Shown here: piece after piece, positions 1-14,300 of the stretch | How the letters are laid out: each line of letters begins with the position of its first letter | How positions within the stretch are numbered: the stretch's first letter is position 1 | Assembly (NCBI GenBank): GCA_964057225.1 | Contig: OZ059894.1 | Coordinates: 7,874,001 to 7,938,000, forward strand | Reading direction: 5' to 3' | From: Auanema rhodensis | Taxonomy: Eukaryota > Animalia > Nematoda | DNA: 64,000 nt | Notes under the pieces: model-generated | What the model was told of the DNA's origin: nothing | The model's input: the letters and a program-made list of their open reading frames with translations, nothing else | Database searches by the model: none | Translations under genes and position numbers: made by a program

Positions 1-556
1 TACTTATACATTAATAGTTGCTCACATACTGTTTATGGTATTTGGTTATTATATATATATTTTTTTCTTTGCACACAATAATATATTTTTATTATGTTTC
101 ACATTAAGTATTGCAATTTCAGACACATTCTAAGCTGACTGCAAGAGAGCGAAAAATAACGATCCAGGTAAATACATTGATTTCAGCTCACAAATATTTG
201 AGTATATAAATATAAATATAATATTGTATATGCAGGTTATTTTAATTATTCTATATTTTTTATTTTCTTATGTTTATTGGAATTATATGCATGCTTGGTT
301 TCCTAAACATTTCATATTTGAATATATATCTTTAATGGTTTGGGTGTTTATGAATGGAATTCATCCTATCATTTATCTCATTTTCAATAAGTAAGTTTTG
401 AAATAAAGAATTTATTTTGAAGAATAATACAAATTTAGACGATTACGACATTCTTATGGACTGTTAGTCAAATCTTTTATGAAATTGAAAATATCTTCGG
501 ATTCAAGAAAATGGAATACTACACCAACACGTTCACATAATACGTCAACTTATTAA
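1..556 (+). CDS. Nematode serpentine chemoreceptor (7TM GPCR, srx/srt-like), 3' part only
   Basis: Exons <1-37, 123-167, 236-390 and 439-556 join through GT-AG introns in frame: TYTLIVAHILFM|THSKLTARERKITIQ|VILIILYFLFSYVYWNY...LMVWVFMNGIHPIIYLIFNK|RLRHSY...TSTY*. The 'E.KITIQ' before TM6 and 'NGIHPIIYLIFN' in TM7 are typical of nematode chemoreceptors. Confidence 0.85.
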
Positions 557-624
557 GTTATCATATCACTGTTGACGCAAGATAGTATATGTAATGTTAA
601 AAAATCCAATTCAATTTCCAATTC

Positions 625-630
625 AATAAA
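625..630 (+). promoter_or_regulatory. Putative polyadenylation signal (AATAAA) of the chemoreceptor gene
   Basis: AATAAA about 70 nt after the TAA at 554-556. Confidence 0.5.
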
Positions 631-2182
631 TATTGTTTGAAATTATCACTAATTTGCTCATAAGATGTGTGTCAGAATGTATGAAATATTCATAAATAAA
701 TGTTTTTTAAAGATTTATTGTAAATTTATTAAAAAAAAACATAACCTTGTTGTTATAAATTCATTTTTATCAAAAAAGGAATAGTATTATGCTCTAAAAG
801 TAAAATCAAGGATTAGTGTGATCTTTGTTCAATATTTGAAGTACATTAACATCAATATTTCAATAAATAGAAGTCCAATAAAAGTAATTTTATATTCTTT
901 TCTTTCTTTTATTTTCATTTTTCTCTATGATTTGTCTACTTTCTGTGTAGTTTTCATGTAAATTGATTTTACAATGAATATCTTAAAAAGTTAATTGTAT
1001 TTCGTACTAGGTTTAAGCATATTACACTTGTTTAAAGACAGATCATATCTGATTATGATGATCTACAACGAGAATTAATTCATAATTAGACAAATCATAA
1101 AAATAACTTTTTTTTCTTTTAATAATAATCATTAATAACACATATTTAGCTATTTAATTTTTTTATTAAATTTTCTTTTAAATGACACAAAGTTTAAAAC
1201 AATATAACTTTTACACAATGCAATTGTATAAGAGTTGGACAAATTGTGAGGACAGCAGGCAAATGATGAGGAAAAAAAGAAAATTCGATGGTTAGTCGAT
1301 AACAACATATTCTTCTGTGTAACAGATTTTTTTTCTTATAAAAGGACATTCTAACATGTCTAGGCTTGTATGTACAGACCGAGTATCAACAAATACATTT
1401 TTTTTGCGAAAAAAATTCGGTAGAGTTAGGTGAAAAGAAAGGAAGTGTATCAAGTTGTTGAGATATTTTGCTCTTTAAATTTCAGAAACTAAAAAGAAAA
1501 TGGTGAGAATACAATAATTTCTTTAAATTATGATTATGTTTTGGATACCAAAAATATAATTTAATTTTTCAATGAAGAAAATGAAACGAAAAGGAAAATT
1601 AAAACTGAAACTAAAAAAAGAGAAAATGAAGAGTTATCATGAAATAAGTGTCAGAATTTCTCACGGGATTCAAGTGCCATTTTCTTAGAAAATATGGTAT
1701 GTTTACATACTAGATACATGGATCCCATAATCAGAATCATAATAGGCTGGGTTATCATTAAATTAAATTATTAGTGATAAAGTTGTAGGTGAATTAGGTA
1801 ATAAGAAATTTCACCTGATATAACGACGAGGTCTGTACAACAATTACCCACAAAATGGGATCTGTGACAGAAACTCATGATAAATATACAAAAAAAATAA
1901 AATTATTAGGCTATTAATTACCAGATATCGATGAATTGCTCAAGGGAAGATGTGTGATGTCACATTGGTATTACTAATATCAATGAAAAAGGATGATGAT
2001 GATGATAATGGTCCAGTATACCCGATATACTACTTCATAACGTTCGAGACAAAAATATAAAACAGCAAAATTTAGAGGACATATTTTGAGAGGAAAACTG
2101 ATAATTTGAAAATACGAGATGCAGTAACGAGTCGGCAGAATTGAATACTGTTAAACGCTAATGAGATTTCAAAATTTTCCGC

Positions 2183-2308
2183 TCACAATGGTGGTGGACC
2201 ATTTACATATGTAAGATGGGGACCGAATGAGCGACCTAGGAAAGTTGACCAGAATAAAGCTGCTAATGCTGTAGCTAATGAGAGGGCGAAAAGGCTTTTT
2301 AACAGCCA
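2183..2308 (-). other. unc-83: TM helix plus short lumenal KASH peptide of UNC-83
   Basis: WLLKSLFALSLATALAALFWSTFLGRSFGPHLTYVNGPPPL*: a hydrophobic helix followed by a PPPX C-terminus. The lumenal tail has no Cys, as in the short UNC-83-type KASH. Confidence 0.93.
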
Positions 2309-5300
2309 GGAAGACGATATTGTTTGGTAAACACGTCGAACAAAACCTTGACGAGAAGCTTGAAGCATTACTTGTTGTTGCTCAGGCTTTTTCTCTTCTA
2401 AGGTCTGGGTTACTGTGGATTTAGTCTTGGTCTTCCTCTTCATAGGTGTTGATGAAGCAATGGGGCTGAATGGAGCTGGTGGCGTTGGTACACGAACTAG
2501 ATCCTGATACCTAAAACTTGGAGATTAGTAAACAAATTAGAAGTGAAGTAAACCAACCTTGTTCGGAGCTGTTGTAAAGCATTTGAATACAGCATAAGCT
2601 CTGCATAGAAATCAGCAGAAACTTTAGATGATGACGATCCGTCTTCTTCTTGAAGCGATTGAAGGGATGCAGTAAGATAACTACATTTGGATTCCAGACT
2701 GAAACAATGAATTTAATTGATTGGAAAATTTATTAAAGTGACATACTTATTCATTTGTTCCTGACATTGATCAATTTCCGTTAAAACAGCATTTTGATCC
2801 ATATTACTGTTTTTCAATTGCTTCTCAATTAATCCCATACAGATACGAATTTCTTGTTGTTGACGATTCCAGTCAGACCAATCACTGCTCAGCTTCTTCA
2901 ACGATGAGACAAGAGTATCAATCTTATTAACGGCTTCATCATATCCAACAGAAATGGTATCAAACTCAGATGAAATTTCGGATAATTCGGTTTGGAAAAC
3001 CTTGCTCTTTACCAATGATCTGAAATGATTGTATTGAATTACCGTCAATTATCTAGGCAGACTGTACCTTAGTTCATCGCGTTCTTGACTTAATCTATCT
3101 TGAATGCTCATAATTGCAGATAAAGCTATACGAAGATCATCATGAGTTTTGACTTGAGATATTCCATTTAATGAGCTTAAGGAAGATGTTTCATGTAAAT
3201 CACGGAGGGATGAAGCGAATCGTCCAATCTATACGTTTAAATTGTATATTTACTAATCATCGGGCAGTTTGTTTTACCTTCTGAAGTATTTGAGCAGCTG
3301 GATTGATGACTGATTTCATGATTCTTGACCAATTCTCTCTTAAGGATCTCAGTTCTGTTACATCCTTGCCCATTAGAATAGCCATATCGATTTGGCGCAA
3401 ATTCGTACGGCAAATCAGCTCTATGTTAGGCTAAAACGATGGTATAAATAACAATAATAAAATAAATTTTAACATACAATTTGCTTTTGATCTACATCAC
3501 CATTCTCTAAGCATTTTTCGACAACTCGGAGATGTGCACGACTTTCATCTATCAAACGTCGCGTAGATTCCTGTAATAATTTTGATTATAATGCATATAT
3601 TGAATTAAAAATAAAAATAATCTAGATGTAACATACGTTGGGAGCTCCGAAATGCTGAGTAAAATCTTCATCCACATCCAGAAGTTGCTCCGGCATTTTT
3701 GTGGTCAATGAGAACAAGTCGTCAGGAATGGAATCGTCTTTTTCTGGCGGCTGAAAAAACACATAAATATAAGAAAAATCAATAATGAATATATAATATA
3801 AATGTAAATATATGGACATATATGTATATTATTTTTATATTCAGCTTCATATAATAATATAAATTATAATTGTGTTAGATTAATATTTAGAAGTGCAAAA
3901 TGCATGTGACTAAAATGTAGAAAACCTGGCGGCTTGACACACAGTCTGGGCTTGGGTGTCATTTATGGATATTGGCTGCTGCTTGGGGGACAGCACCTGT
4001 CCATAATTACATGAAATAGTGAATGGAAGTGAGAGAGAGAGAGCGAGAATGAAGAGAATAGGCGGAGAGGGAGAGAGAACAGATCTGAGCTGTCGCTGCC
4101 TTGGGACCATGTAAATGAAAAGAATATTATGTGAAGTAAAGAGAGTACAATCATATAGAGATGCATATATATGCATAGTATATAGGTAAGCCCGACAGAC
4201 ATACACTCTTCAAATTGAAAATAGAAGGAAAATAGATTGAGTACTTGTATATTAGAAAAGGAAATGACGATCAAGACCATCATTTGTTATAAGTAAGTCT
4301 ACCGGAAAGACATAATAATAACAACATTTCCTATGTGTATTTCAGTTAGAATATCATCATAATATTAGGAAAATCATTGTAATATATCCTCACTAGTATT
4401 GTATCTAACAAAAGTAGAAAAAAAATTGAATAAAACAGTTTCTTTTTTCAATTAAAAGAAGAAGGGGAGGGGGAGAGGTGGGAATTGTATAATATAGAAA
4501 CGTATAAGTACAACATCATCATCAACATCATCATGACGTATATCATTGATAATTGAATATATAGTTTATAGCAAAATATATTTATATATAATATATTTTT
4601 ATTATAATATTATACTAATATTAACAGTAAATATATTTTTAAATAACTTAGATGTTTCTTATTGTATGACAACAAGAAACAAAAAACTAAATCGCATACT
4701 ATTCAATATTAAGAAAACTTGGATTAGGTTGGACTCATAGGGAATGTTCGAAACTTATTTGAAAAATTTTCTTAAATTACTCGAAGGGAAATGATCGAAA
4801 TTTTAAAAAAATTCATAATATATGAGGAATAATAGAGGCGTCTAGTCTGCTTAAGCTAGATAATAAGAAAAAAAGACAATCGAAAAATTGCAATCAATAT
4901 GAACCAAACAACATCATGCATTAAAGATGAGCAAAGAGAAAGAGCCGGAAAATTGCTTCGAATCGTTCTTGGTTCGTTTGGTCATAAACGAGAACAAGGA
5001 CAGTTTTTCAAAATGTATATGAAGAATGAGAAGAGCTTAACAGCTTTTTATATTTTGGAATTGAATGACCTTAGCTGGAACAGCAGCAAGCTGTACAAAT
5101 TGCCCGATAAGCATACAATCCATACTAAATAGTACACGCAACATAGAGAATTTCAGAGAAAAACAAAGGACTGAGTGTTTATTAGTAATATATCAAAAAC
5201 TAAGAAGATATTTAGATCAATAAGATGATGATAAGAAAAAAAAAGTGAGAAATTGAGAGAAGTTATTGAAAGGAGGGGGGGGGGGGGAAGAGCGAAATAA

Positions 5301-8300
5301 TGGTTGATTCAATACTTGAAAACTATCTATTTGATAGTCATTCTTTACTATCTATTCTGATTTCTTTTTCTCTCTCTCTTTCTCTTTCATTTTAAGACTT
5401 GAACGTCTTGTATATAGTTCATTATCTTTTATTTTTTTTTACTTTTATTGTCATTCTATATGAATAGAGATATCACTGTTTTATATTTCCAATCTCATTC
5501 ATTTTCTGAATATTAGTAAGAGTAACTGGGCACAAAACATAATCTATGATTTTTACTATTTGTCTATGAATATCTAGTGATAAAGAAAATAAAATCATAA
5601 TTCCAAATTGCAGATATGCGTTGGTAATTCACCACAGGAAATCATGAACAATTCATTTAATTTGTTACCTTTTCTCTTCGTGTGCTCGTGTATTTGCGTG
5701 AAAAAAAAAGAAAACAGAATAATAGAATGTAAAAATCTAAGAAATTGAGTATACATAAGTGAGAAACATTGAAAGACAGTGTGGCGGGGCAGGAAAAAAG
5801 AAAAACCAAAATCTAGTTTTTCGTCGATTCCTCCTGACTTTCGGTGAGAATGAAGATGAAAAGAAATACGGAATAAAGAGTAGAAGAGATACAAGGCAGA
5901 ACGAATACGAGCAAGATGTCAGATTATATCATGAGCGAACGATGCGCATGTACATACATATGTCGCAACGGCTTAAATGTCATATGTAAGTACAGTTCTT
6001 CTAAGTTTCAACTAAACAATTTCGGTTGCCGGTTCTATTCCGGACATTTCTATGTTACATGACTATCGAATCTTGTTTCAATATCATGAAATGTTGTTGA
6101 AAAGAAATGATACTGGAATTAGGTTGCAGTTTCTTGAAGTTAAAAAACGACTTTTTTCATGTTTTCTATAAACTTCAACTTTTGTTATTGCAATAATATC
6201 AAAAGGTGCATAAGAAATCTGAATCTATGAGTCTATCCAGTCAGCTAATGAAAGATTAAATTAATTTATGCGTAGATGATATGTGAGATAATCGAAATAG
6301 ACATATAGAAATATTTCAAAGGACAATTGGCTTATCTCTTCTTATGTTTCATCAAAAATCAACAAAATTCATCACTTTTTCTTTGTTTAAACTGACTAAA
6401 AGTGTATATGTTCTGATAAAAGGTTTTTATAACTTTGAGATAAGCCCAAGGTTTATACAGTCATATTGCATTTCAAACAACTTTTTTTGGTTTGAAGCTT
6501 TTTTAATGTGATTTTCTGTTCGTATAAGTTTTCAAGTTTATCTTACGTTATAATCGTCCCACTCATAGACTGGAGCGTCACTCTGTTCAGGACAAGTTGA
6601 ATCACTCTCGGTTGAAGCAGCTAAATCACGATCCAACTGTTGTAAGAGACGAGTTGACGAGGACAGAGGTGATCTGGGTGGAGAAATTCGAATTTGCGGT
6701 GTCAACAAACCTATAATTTGGAAAATAATATATGTTCGTATTCAATTCGACATATAATTAACGTGAAGAACGAAGAAAGAAAATAATTCGTACCCATAGC
6801 TTTGGATGCTAGATGCTCGCCGTCACTCATACTTCTTGGCATTCGTCTAACACGAAGTTTTTTGCGAAGGCTACGACCTAAGCAAGGTGGTAATTCAGAT
6901 CTTGTTGAGCATATAGAAGCCTCCATTTCGGAGCATTCCCACTGAAATATGAATACATTAAAAGTACAAACTAAGAAATGAAGCAAAATACCAATAGGTT
7001 ACTGCTCTTGCCACGACGTCCACGATGTCTTTTCAAGGAGCCTGTGCTATCTAAGAGAGTCGAGTTATACGATCTGCTCATTAAGTCAGCTGAATCATCA
7101 TGAATTTCATAATCAAGAGAGTCCTCAGATGAAGCATCACATGAATTCTGAAAATAGGAAATGAGAAAACTATTTGAATAAACAACTGTTACCTTAGCCA
7201 TATGATCCAAGAATTCTTTGCTAACACGAGAGCGTCGTGTAGATTGACGTGCACGAATTTCACGCCATTTAGTATTAAAGCTTTCACTCATAATATCCTT
7301 ATTAGTGATTGCATCATCGTCTAGAAGTGCCATGACCTCATCTGAAACATGATAATTAAATAATCATGTATGTTTTCTTAAATGCATACCATAATCTGGA
7401 AGAATCATGCTGCTCTGTTCATAATTGACGTGCATAGAATCAGTTAACTGATTAGAAATTCCATCATTTTTCATTTCCAATGCTTTTTTGATATCAAACT
7501 CAGTCATATCGTCCAAGACCATACGATAGAATCCCTTAGATGAACGATTCTTAACTGATTCCACGGTCAAACTGCAATTGAAACATTGAATAAAACACTA
7601 GAGACATTGCATTATCAAATAATATTTCTATTATTATATTTTATTTATATCATATAATATTCAATTTATATTGAAAAGAGTCCATTGAAAATTATTTTGT
7701 TTATCCTTTTTATATATTCTTTCTTTTATTTTGTTTAAGTTTACTAATAAAGTAGAAGTCAAACTGTTGGTCATCATCAATTCCCTTGAGCATAGAAGGT
7801 CAGTTGTGCCTTTTGCTATCTTTCTATGGAAATTGAGCAACATTCTCTCATTTCGCATTTATCATTGCTTCACGCAGACCACTGACATGTGAATACGAGT
7901 AAGTCTCAGTCGTAGACCTCACAAATCGGCGAATTTAAAAGAAAACGATGCCTCAGGGTGCTTGTTGGTACCAGCATAAGTTTCATTCAATCTATCATCT
8001 TAACCCATCGTTCTGTCACATAAGCAAATATGGCTAGATCTAAAGCTAATGTCATTTTCAGCCATAAATTTCCCAAAAACTTCTCACATACTTAAGATAA
8101 CACGTGTTGCTTCAAATAAAACTTAAAGTAAGTGAAATAAATCCTAATGAAATAAATGAATTAAATCAGATAATATAATATGAAAAAGAGATTAATGAAC
8201 ACATAAAACGATTTTTTTCTTGTTATTTGTTGACTTGAGAAAAGTATTTAAATCAGAAAACTAAATAATGTCTGAGTACAAAAGATTATTGAATGTTGAA

Positions 8301-11300
8301 TGCAAACGATCTGTGCGTTATCTAAAAATCTAAACAACTTCTTCAATATCGTTGTTCGAATATTATTTAATTATATATACTAAAACATATGTATATATAG
8401 TTAATATAATATGGTATATTTAAAAGATTTAGATATAAACTATGATAATAACTATTGCATTGTTCTTGCTCTTTGGCATCTGCTTCGAACGGAATGACAC
8501 AGTAATTTTGAAATAAAGAGAATACGTTTTAAATGAAAATAAAAATTGGATAAACTTGAAGTTGAAGTTTCAGAAATTGTCAGAGTCTTCGATCAAACTT
8601 TTGATGAAAAACATTAAGACTGTATGTGATGTTAGTTTTTTCTTAACAAATAAATTCAAAAGCGGAAAAGCCTATTAACAGCTGCAGAAAGTCAAAAACG
8701 GTTACAGCTGGTCTTGAAAACCGGTGTACGACACGAACAACCTCCTCATCATTTTCATTATTGCTTTCATTAATATAGATGAGATGAGATGTTGATGAAG
8801 ACAACCTAAAGCCTATTATGCCATTGATGTTGGATGACATAATCGGCTAACTTTTTTACTTATAAAACATCAAATAATAAAACTTTGATGAACAAAAAAT
8901 GAGAAAACACAAACCTATTAGCTCCGATGGTATTCAAAGCTTCATGAATTGAATTTTCACCGCTGGAATATCCGATATCTTGTTGAATAGAATCCCACTT
9001 TTTGGCTCTGACAGGAGACTCTTCTGATGATTCAGATGTAACAGTTGTTCTAAAATGAAAATTTTGGATTGGAAAATACAAATAAAAAATGAAATAAAGT
9101 CATGTAATAGGTTGCTTTATTTTGACTTCTTTTTATGGTTTCTCACCTTCCATCCATTATACTCTCGTATTCGCTGTCGTTAAACGGCAGTGTGTCTTCG
9201 TCCTCGTCAACGTCGTATTCCACAGTTCCTACAGTATTTCGGCGAGCTCGTTTGAGCGGAGGACCAACAAGCTCGGGATCACTTTCTGATTCAGAATCTT
9301 CCTGCAATAAAATAGTGATGAGAAATGAAGACTAATATTATAACGATGAATGGGAGATTTAAATTGCAAGTTCATTAGCAAACGTTGTGATTTGTCGGTA
9401 ACTTAGAAGGTAAGAATGAGGCGGATTCTGATGGATACAATACAATACTGAATACATAGAGTAGAGAGCCATATTACACGAATTTTCGCATAATTTGTCG
9501 CCGATGCTTTCACTAGTTGCTTCACACATAGGTCACGATTGTAATGAATGTTGCGCAACATAATTGAGCAAACTTCCAACAATAACTTCACGAAAAAGGA
9601 GAAGGTGACAGTTCTATTCTATGGAAACTGAAGAAGAAGAAGATGATGAAGAAGAACTCGTTCAATTGAGAACGATGAGGGAGTATGCTTGTTATGCAAA
9701 TAATGCAAAATACTGCAATTTCAATTGAAATTCTTCTAAGTTATATAACTTGAGATATGAAAAAGCATCTGAACGCACAACAGTTGAATGATATCAATGA
9801 GCTCGTCATCGTATATGATCCATATGTTATATTATTATATGGATTAAATGAATTATTTATATAAATAGATTGCTAGTTAAATACGCATGGTATAAACAGT
9901 CTAACCTATGCTAATTATAGTTTTTGACCTTAAGTAACAGGTATAGGTTAGCTGGTCGTCATGACGTCATGCACGGTCAACTGCTTTTGACGATTGGCCA
10001 ATTATTTAAATATAGGTATAGAAGTGTAGAGGAGAAAATAAAAGAATATAAGCTGGCAGAAGAGAAAACAAGCTTAATAGAAAGAAGGAAAGAGTAGGAT
10101 GGATAGGTGAAAATGAATTGAATGAGAGAGACATAGAGAAAAAGGATCAGTTAAAATGGCAGATGGCTACTAGGTAAGCACAGGAAAATGGGCAAGTAGG
10201 ACCAGGAAAGCAACTGCGGCTACTCCTATCTAGAAACATAGCCGAAAACCTATATTAATATTTGTTTATCTGAATCAACATAACTGGTAGAGCTACATAT
10301 CATCAAGGGAGGCTCAACTGGCTATATTTGGAAGATAACTAACACAACAACGGCACTGTCGAATATATCTGTGTATATGACCTATTAAATCAGACAAGCT
10401 ATCAGATCAGACGGATAAGCTGAGGGTCGTTTAGTGTTCGTACGAGTCATTTGACTGTCCCGTTACTCTCTCCATATCTCTCGCTTTCTATGCCACATTC
10501 ACAACAATCTGATTTTCGGTAAATCTGTCTTGCGCCTTTTCTCCCTTCCCCCCTTACTATCTGTATATCTTCCGAATTTGACAAAGAAGCTTTTGTCGGC
10601 CAATGATTTATATTAGTCTTTTTATAGCTCAATTAGTACTATTCGAATAACTGTTGGGAGAGATAGGAGCATGTGAAGCCGAGAGCAACAACACTGTTGT
10701 GTAAGTAAGGTTAATCAAAATATATTCCGACAAATACTGATGATGATTACGAGAAATAATAATATTAGATAAGAAGTTCATCGACAAGATATAAGTGCTT
10801 TATAACAAGAGCTACATCATCATTAAGCATTGGTTATAAGGATTCTCTTGTTACTCACTTAATTAGTAATTTGAGGAGAATAACAAATAATATTTGATTA
10901 TGCGATGAAGATAATACTGATAATGTTCCGAGTACATAACACACAGGGATACATGAAAAATATGTCTTTGAGCTATTAAGCAATATAGGATATTTCTCAT
11001 GAAAATTGGGGGAAATCGGCATGCTCTGTACTGCATGTGCTAAGCTGTTGCACCGGGAAACACAAAGACTGTCTAATTTGACTAAATCATATGGTCTCTA
11101 ATATACTCTACGTTGTATATTTAGTAAACAAGCGGTAAATATACTCATGATAATACTGGAAAATAAAAATAAGCTAAGCAACAAGTATGACGACTTGACT
11201 CATAAATAGTTGGAAACTAAGCTTAAATAGGAGGATAGAACAGCGGAATTGTGTCAAAGGAGTGAGACATTCCTCTGGCAACAGTAATACGCTGGATACG

Positions 11301-14300
11301 TTAAGCAAACAGACACAGAATGCTAGTGTCGGTAAAACGCAAAGAGAAGTAAGAGCCCGAGATGACAAGCGTAAAAGGGGTGTTCATAGTATGATTTGAA
11401 TATTAAAAGAGCTGAAAAGCGATAGATGAAATGGAAATAGTGTAGAGAACACGAGGTAAAGAGAATCGGCACGATTTGAAATAGATGGAGAGAAGGAGCA
11501 AAAGGTAATAGGAGTGAAATTACGCGCACATCGTTCTGCTAAGGTGAATTGAAACACAAGCTAACACATTTGGTCGTGTCCTGAGGCAATTTAGATAACG
11601 AGACATGTACAAAAAGAATCCAGCATCCAAATTCTTCTCACACTTTCTTAACTACATTAGCATTGTAGGTCTATGAGAATAGTTAGCATAGTACTATTAT
11701 GCATTCGCAGAAAAGTAATAGAAAAGTTCATGACGCAACACAAATGAAGCCAATTAGAGTGAGAGATGTTGGAAAGAATGAAATAGTTTATGATGTTCAA
11801 GCCGGAATTCACTCAACTAAACAAAATAACGATGATCGGCTTCACAATACTATATTATATAAAAAACAAATATATATAGCATATTTAACTATATACACAT
11901 GATATCAAATACTATAATCCATGTCATATAATAAAAGTTTGAAAAGAGGTAATGATGAATTGCATATAGTAGATAAACGGTGAAATAATAGTGAGATGTT
12001 GCTGACAGCATCTTGCTTAACAAATGGTGAAAAACTGAACATTGCCGGAAGACTTGTCATTTGGCCTTGCTCTGACCAGCTGGAAATCAGCAATGATATT
12101 TGAAATGTAATCCAGGCTACGAGGCTGATGCCAGTGTGGCAAGACAGCGTAATGTAAAACTTGGATAAGAATATGAGGACGACAACGAGCCGACAGGATA
12201 AAACGGTCTTTCTTCATCCATCGTCTTCACATTAGTTGTAACATATTAATATTTAAATGACGCAAGAATGAGTGAGAGATAATAAGCTAAAACATCCTGA
12301 AGGTATAATCCTTATGATGATGTGAGGGCAATGGATGAATGAAGATGATATCCAATTGTCATAATTCGGAATTCAAAGGTAAGATCAGCTTTGAGAGCAA
12401 CAGGAGTGGAATAAAGGATCAATGATAAGGATTATAATGCTATTAAGATGAAGCAACTCATAGATATGATTGATATGTATATTTAAGAATTGTGAAATAT
12501 GTCAAATTTCAAAATTTATTAGTTTTCAGATTTAATTATCTGAATTAATAATATTTTAAATTCTTTAAAACTTAAATATCAATAGATGTCGTTAAGATTT
12601 GGAGCACTAACACTATAAGATATCTAATCGTTGTGGTATGTGCTATGCTATGCTATGAAGTGAGTAAAAATAAAAAGAATTCAGATGGAAAAATGCGATG
12701 CATTCAACTTCACAGGATAGGAAAGTTGACTAAAGTTGCCGGTTTGACAACGCCGAGAAGATATAAAGCATAACGTTTCGATTCACAAATATTTGATAGA
12801 GAATGACCAGGAAATAATCTTTTAAACTATAATTCAATGTCAAAAGAAGCTCAAAAGCTCTGTCTATAGGATTCCGTCTCCAGAGAGTGAGACATATCTA
12901 AACCGCATAAGAACTTTAACAGAGAATAAGAGTTGAAGAGAGAGAGAGAGAGATATGCAACAATGAGGGCGTGACATAGCTGCCTTTTAGCACTGTTAGT
13001 ATACCCTATTCAACAAATCTGTACCATTTAACTGCAATTTTTCTAAACTGAAATTTTACAGAGAGATTGGCATATATGAACATTTAGAAACATAAAGAAA
13101 TTGAAAAGAGAGCGAACGAGAGAATACTTTGTGATGTAGAGAGAAAGGGAAGGAGAGAGCATTAGGACGTGAAGTGAAAAAAAGAGAGAAAGATGCCTGC
13201 ACTTTTTTTTTGCTCGAGAAAACTAAGTGAAAGGTTATAAAAAAGATTAAAAGAACAATTTGTAGATTAATCCGAAGGTTTGAATAAATTTGTAAAATAA
13301 TATAAATTGTATACCAGCACGATGTTGGGATTAGTTAGATATCAAGTAAAATGGCCAAATGATTTGTTTCTTTCTCTTGGCAGTTACTCTTTGGATCATT
13401 TTTTTCTCATTCGTGTATACACATAAATCGTTTTTAACGATCGGATAGCAAAACGTTTTTTTTTCTTCTCATTTTAGTTTTTTTAGCTTCTATACAAGAA
13501 CTAATGATATGATGAACATGTGAACGAAATGCAACAAGCCTAACATCGTCACATGGTTTTTTCTCTTTAATCATTTTAATTGAAACATACACATCGATAT
13601 GTATTATGGCATTATTGATATTGCGTAAAAGGCAGTTTTGTATTCATTTGATTGTCATAGGCAATTCAAAGGAAATGTGAATACTACTGTCTGTCGGCTG
13701 ACGGTTTTTGTCGTCGTCAGAATCATTGGACGGTTGTGATGATGAGAGAAAAGGAACTGAACGATTGGCTGATAGATAGTAAGCAGAATGAAGAGATGAG
13801 AAGACGAAGAGTCATTCATCGTTATGGCATGATGTCTGTACCTCAATTGTGTCAGTCCATTTACGATCAACATCAATTGAAAACCCGCTGTTTATGTTGC
13901 TATGTTAACCTCACAGCTGAGAATAAGGTCAGAAAGCAACATCAACACAAGTTTTTTTTATTTCAAATTGAAGACAAACTTCATCAGTAGTTTTATACAG
14001 ATGATGAAATTATAAAAACAGAATAAATGGAACGTATCTAATGCCTCATATACCAGATTTTGTTTGTAACAACAAGACAAGAAAGAAGAAAAAATACTGT
14101 TTAGGGTAAAGAAAAATAGAAGAACTATGGATAGCATTAGTATAATATGCCTTAAAACTATATGATATAACTAGAAGGTGTGATGTAGCTATATATCTTA
14201 GTAAAGATGGAACTTGATTGGTGTCAAAGCTCTAATGAGACCAAATCTGTCACTCAATTAGCCATTTGGTTGTAATTCTGTGATGAACTCATCACACTAG

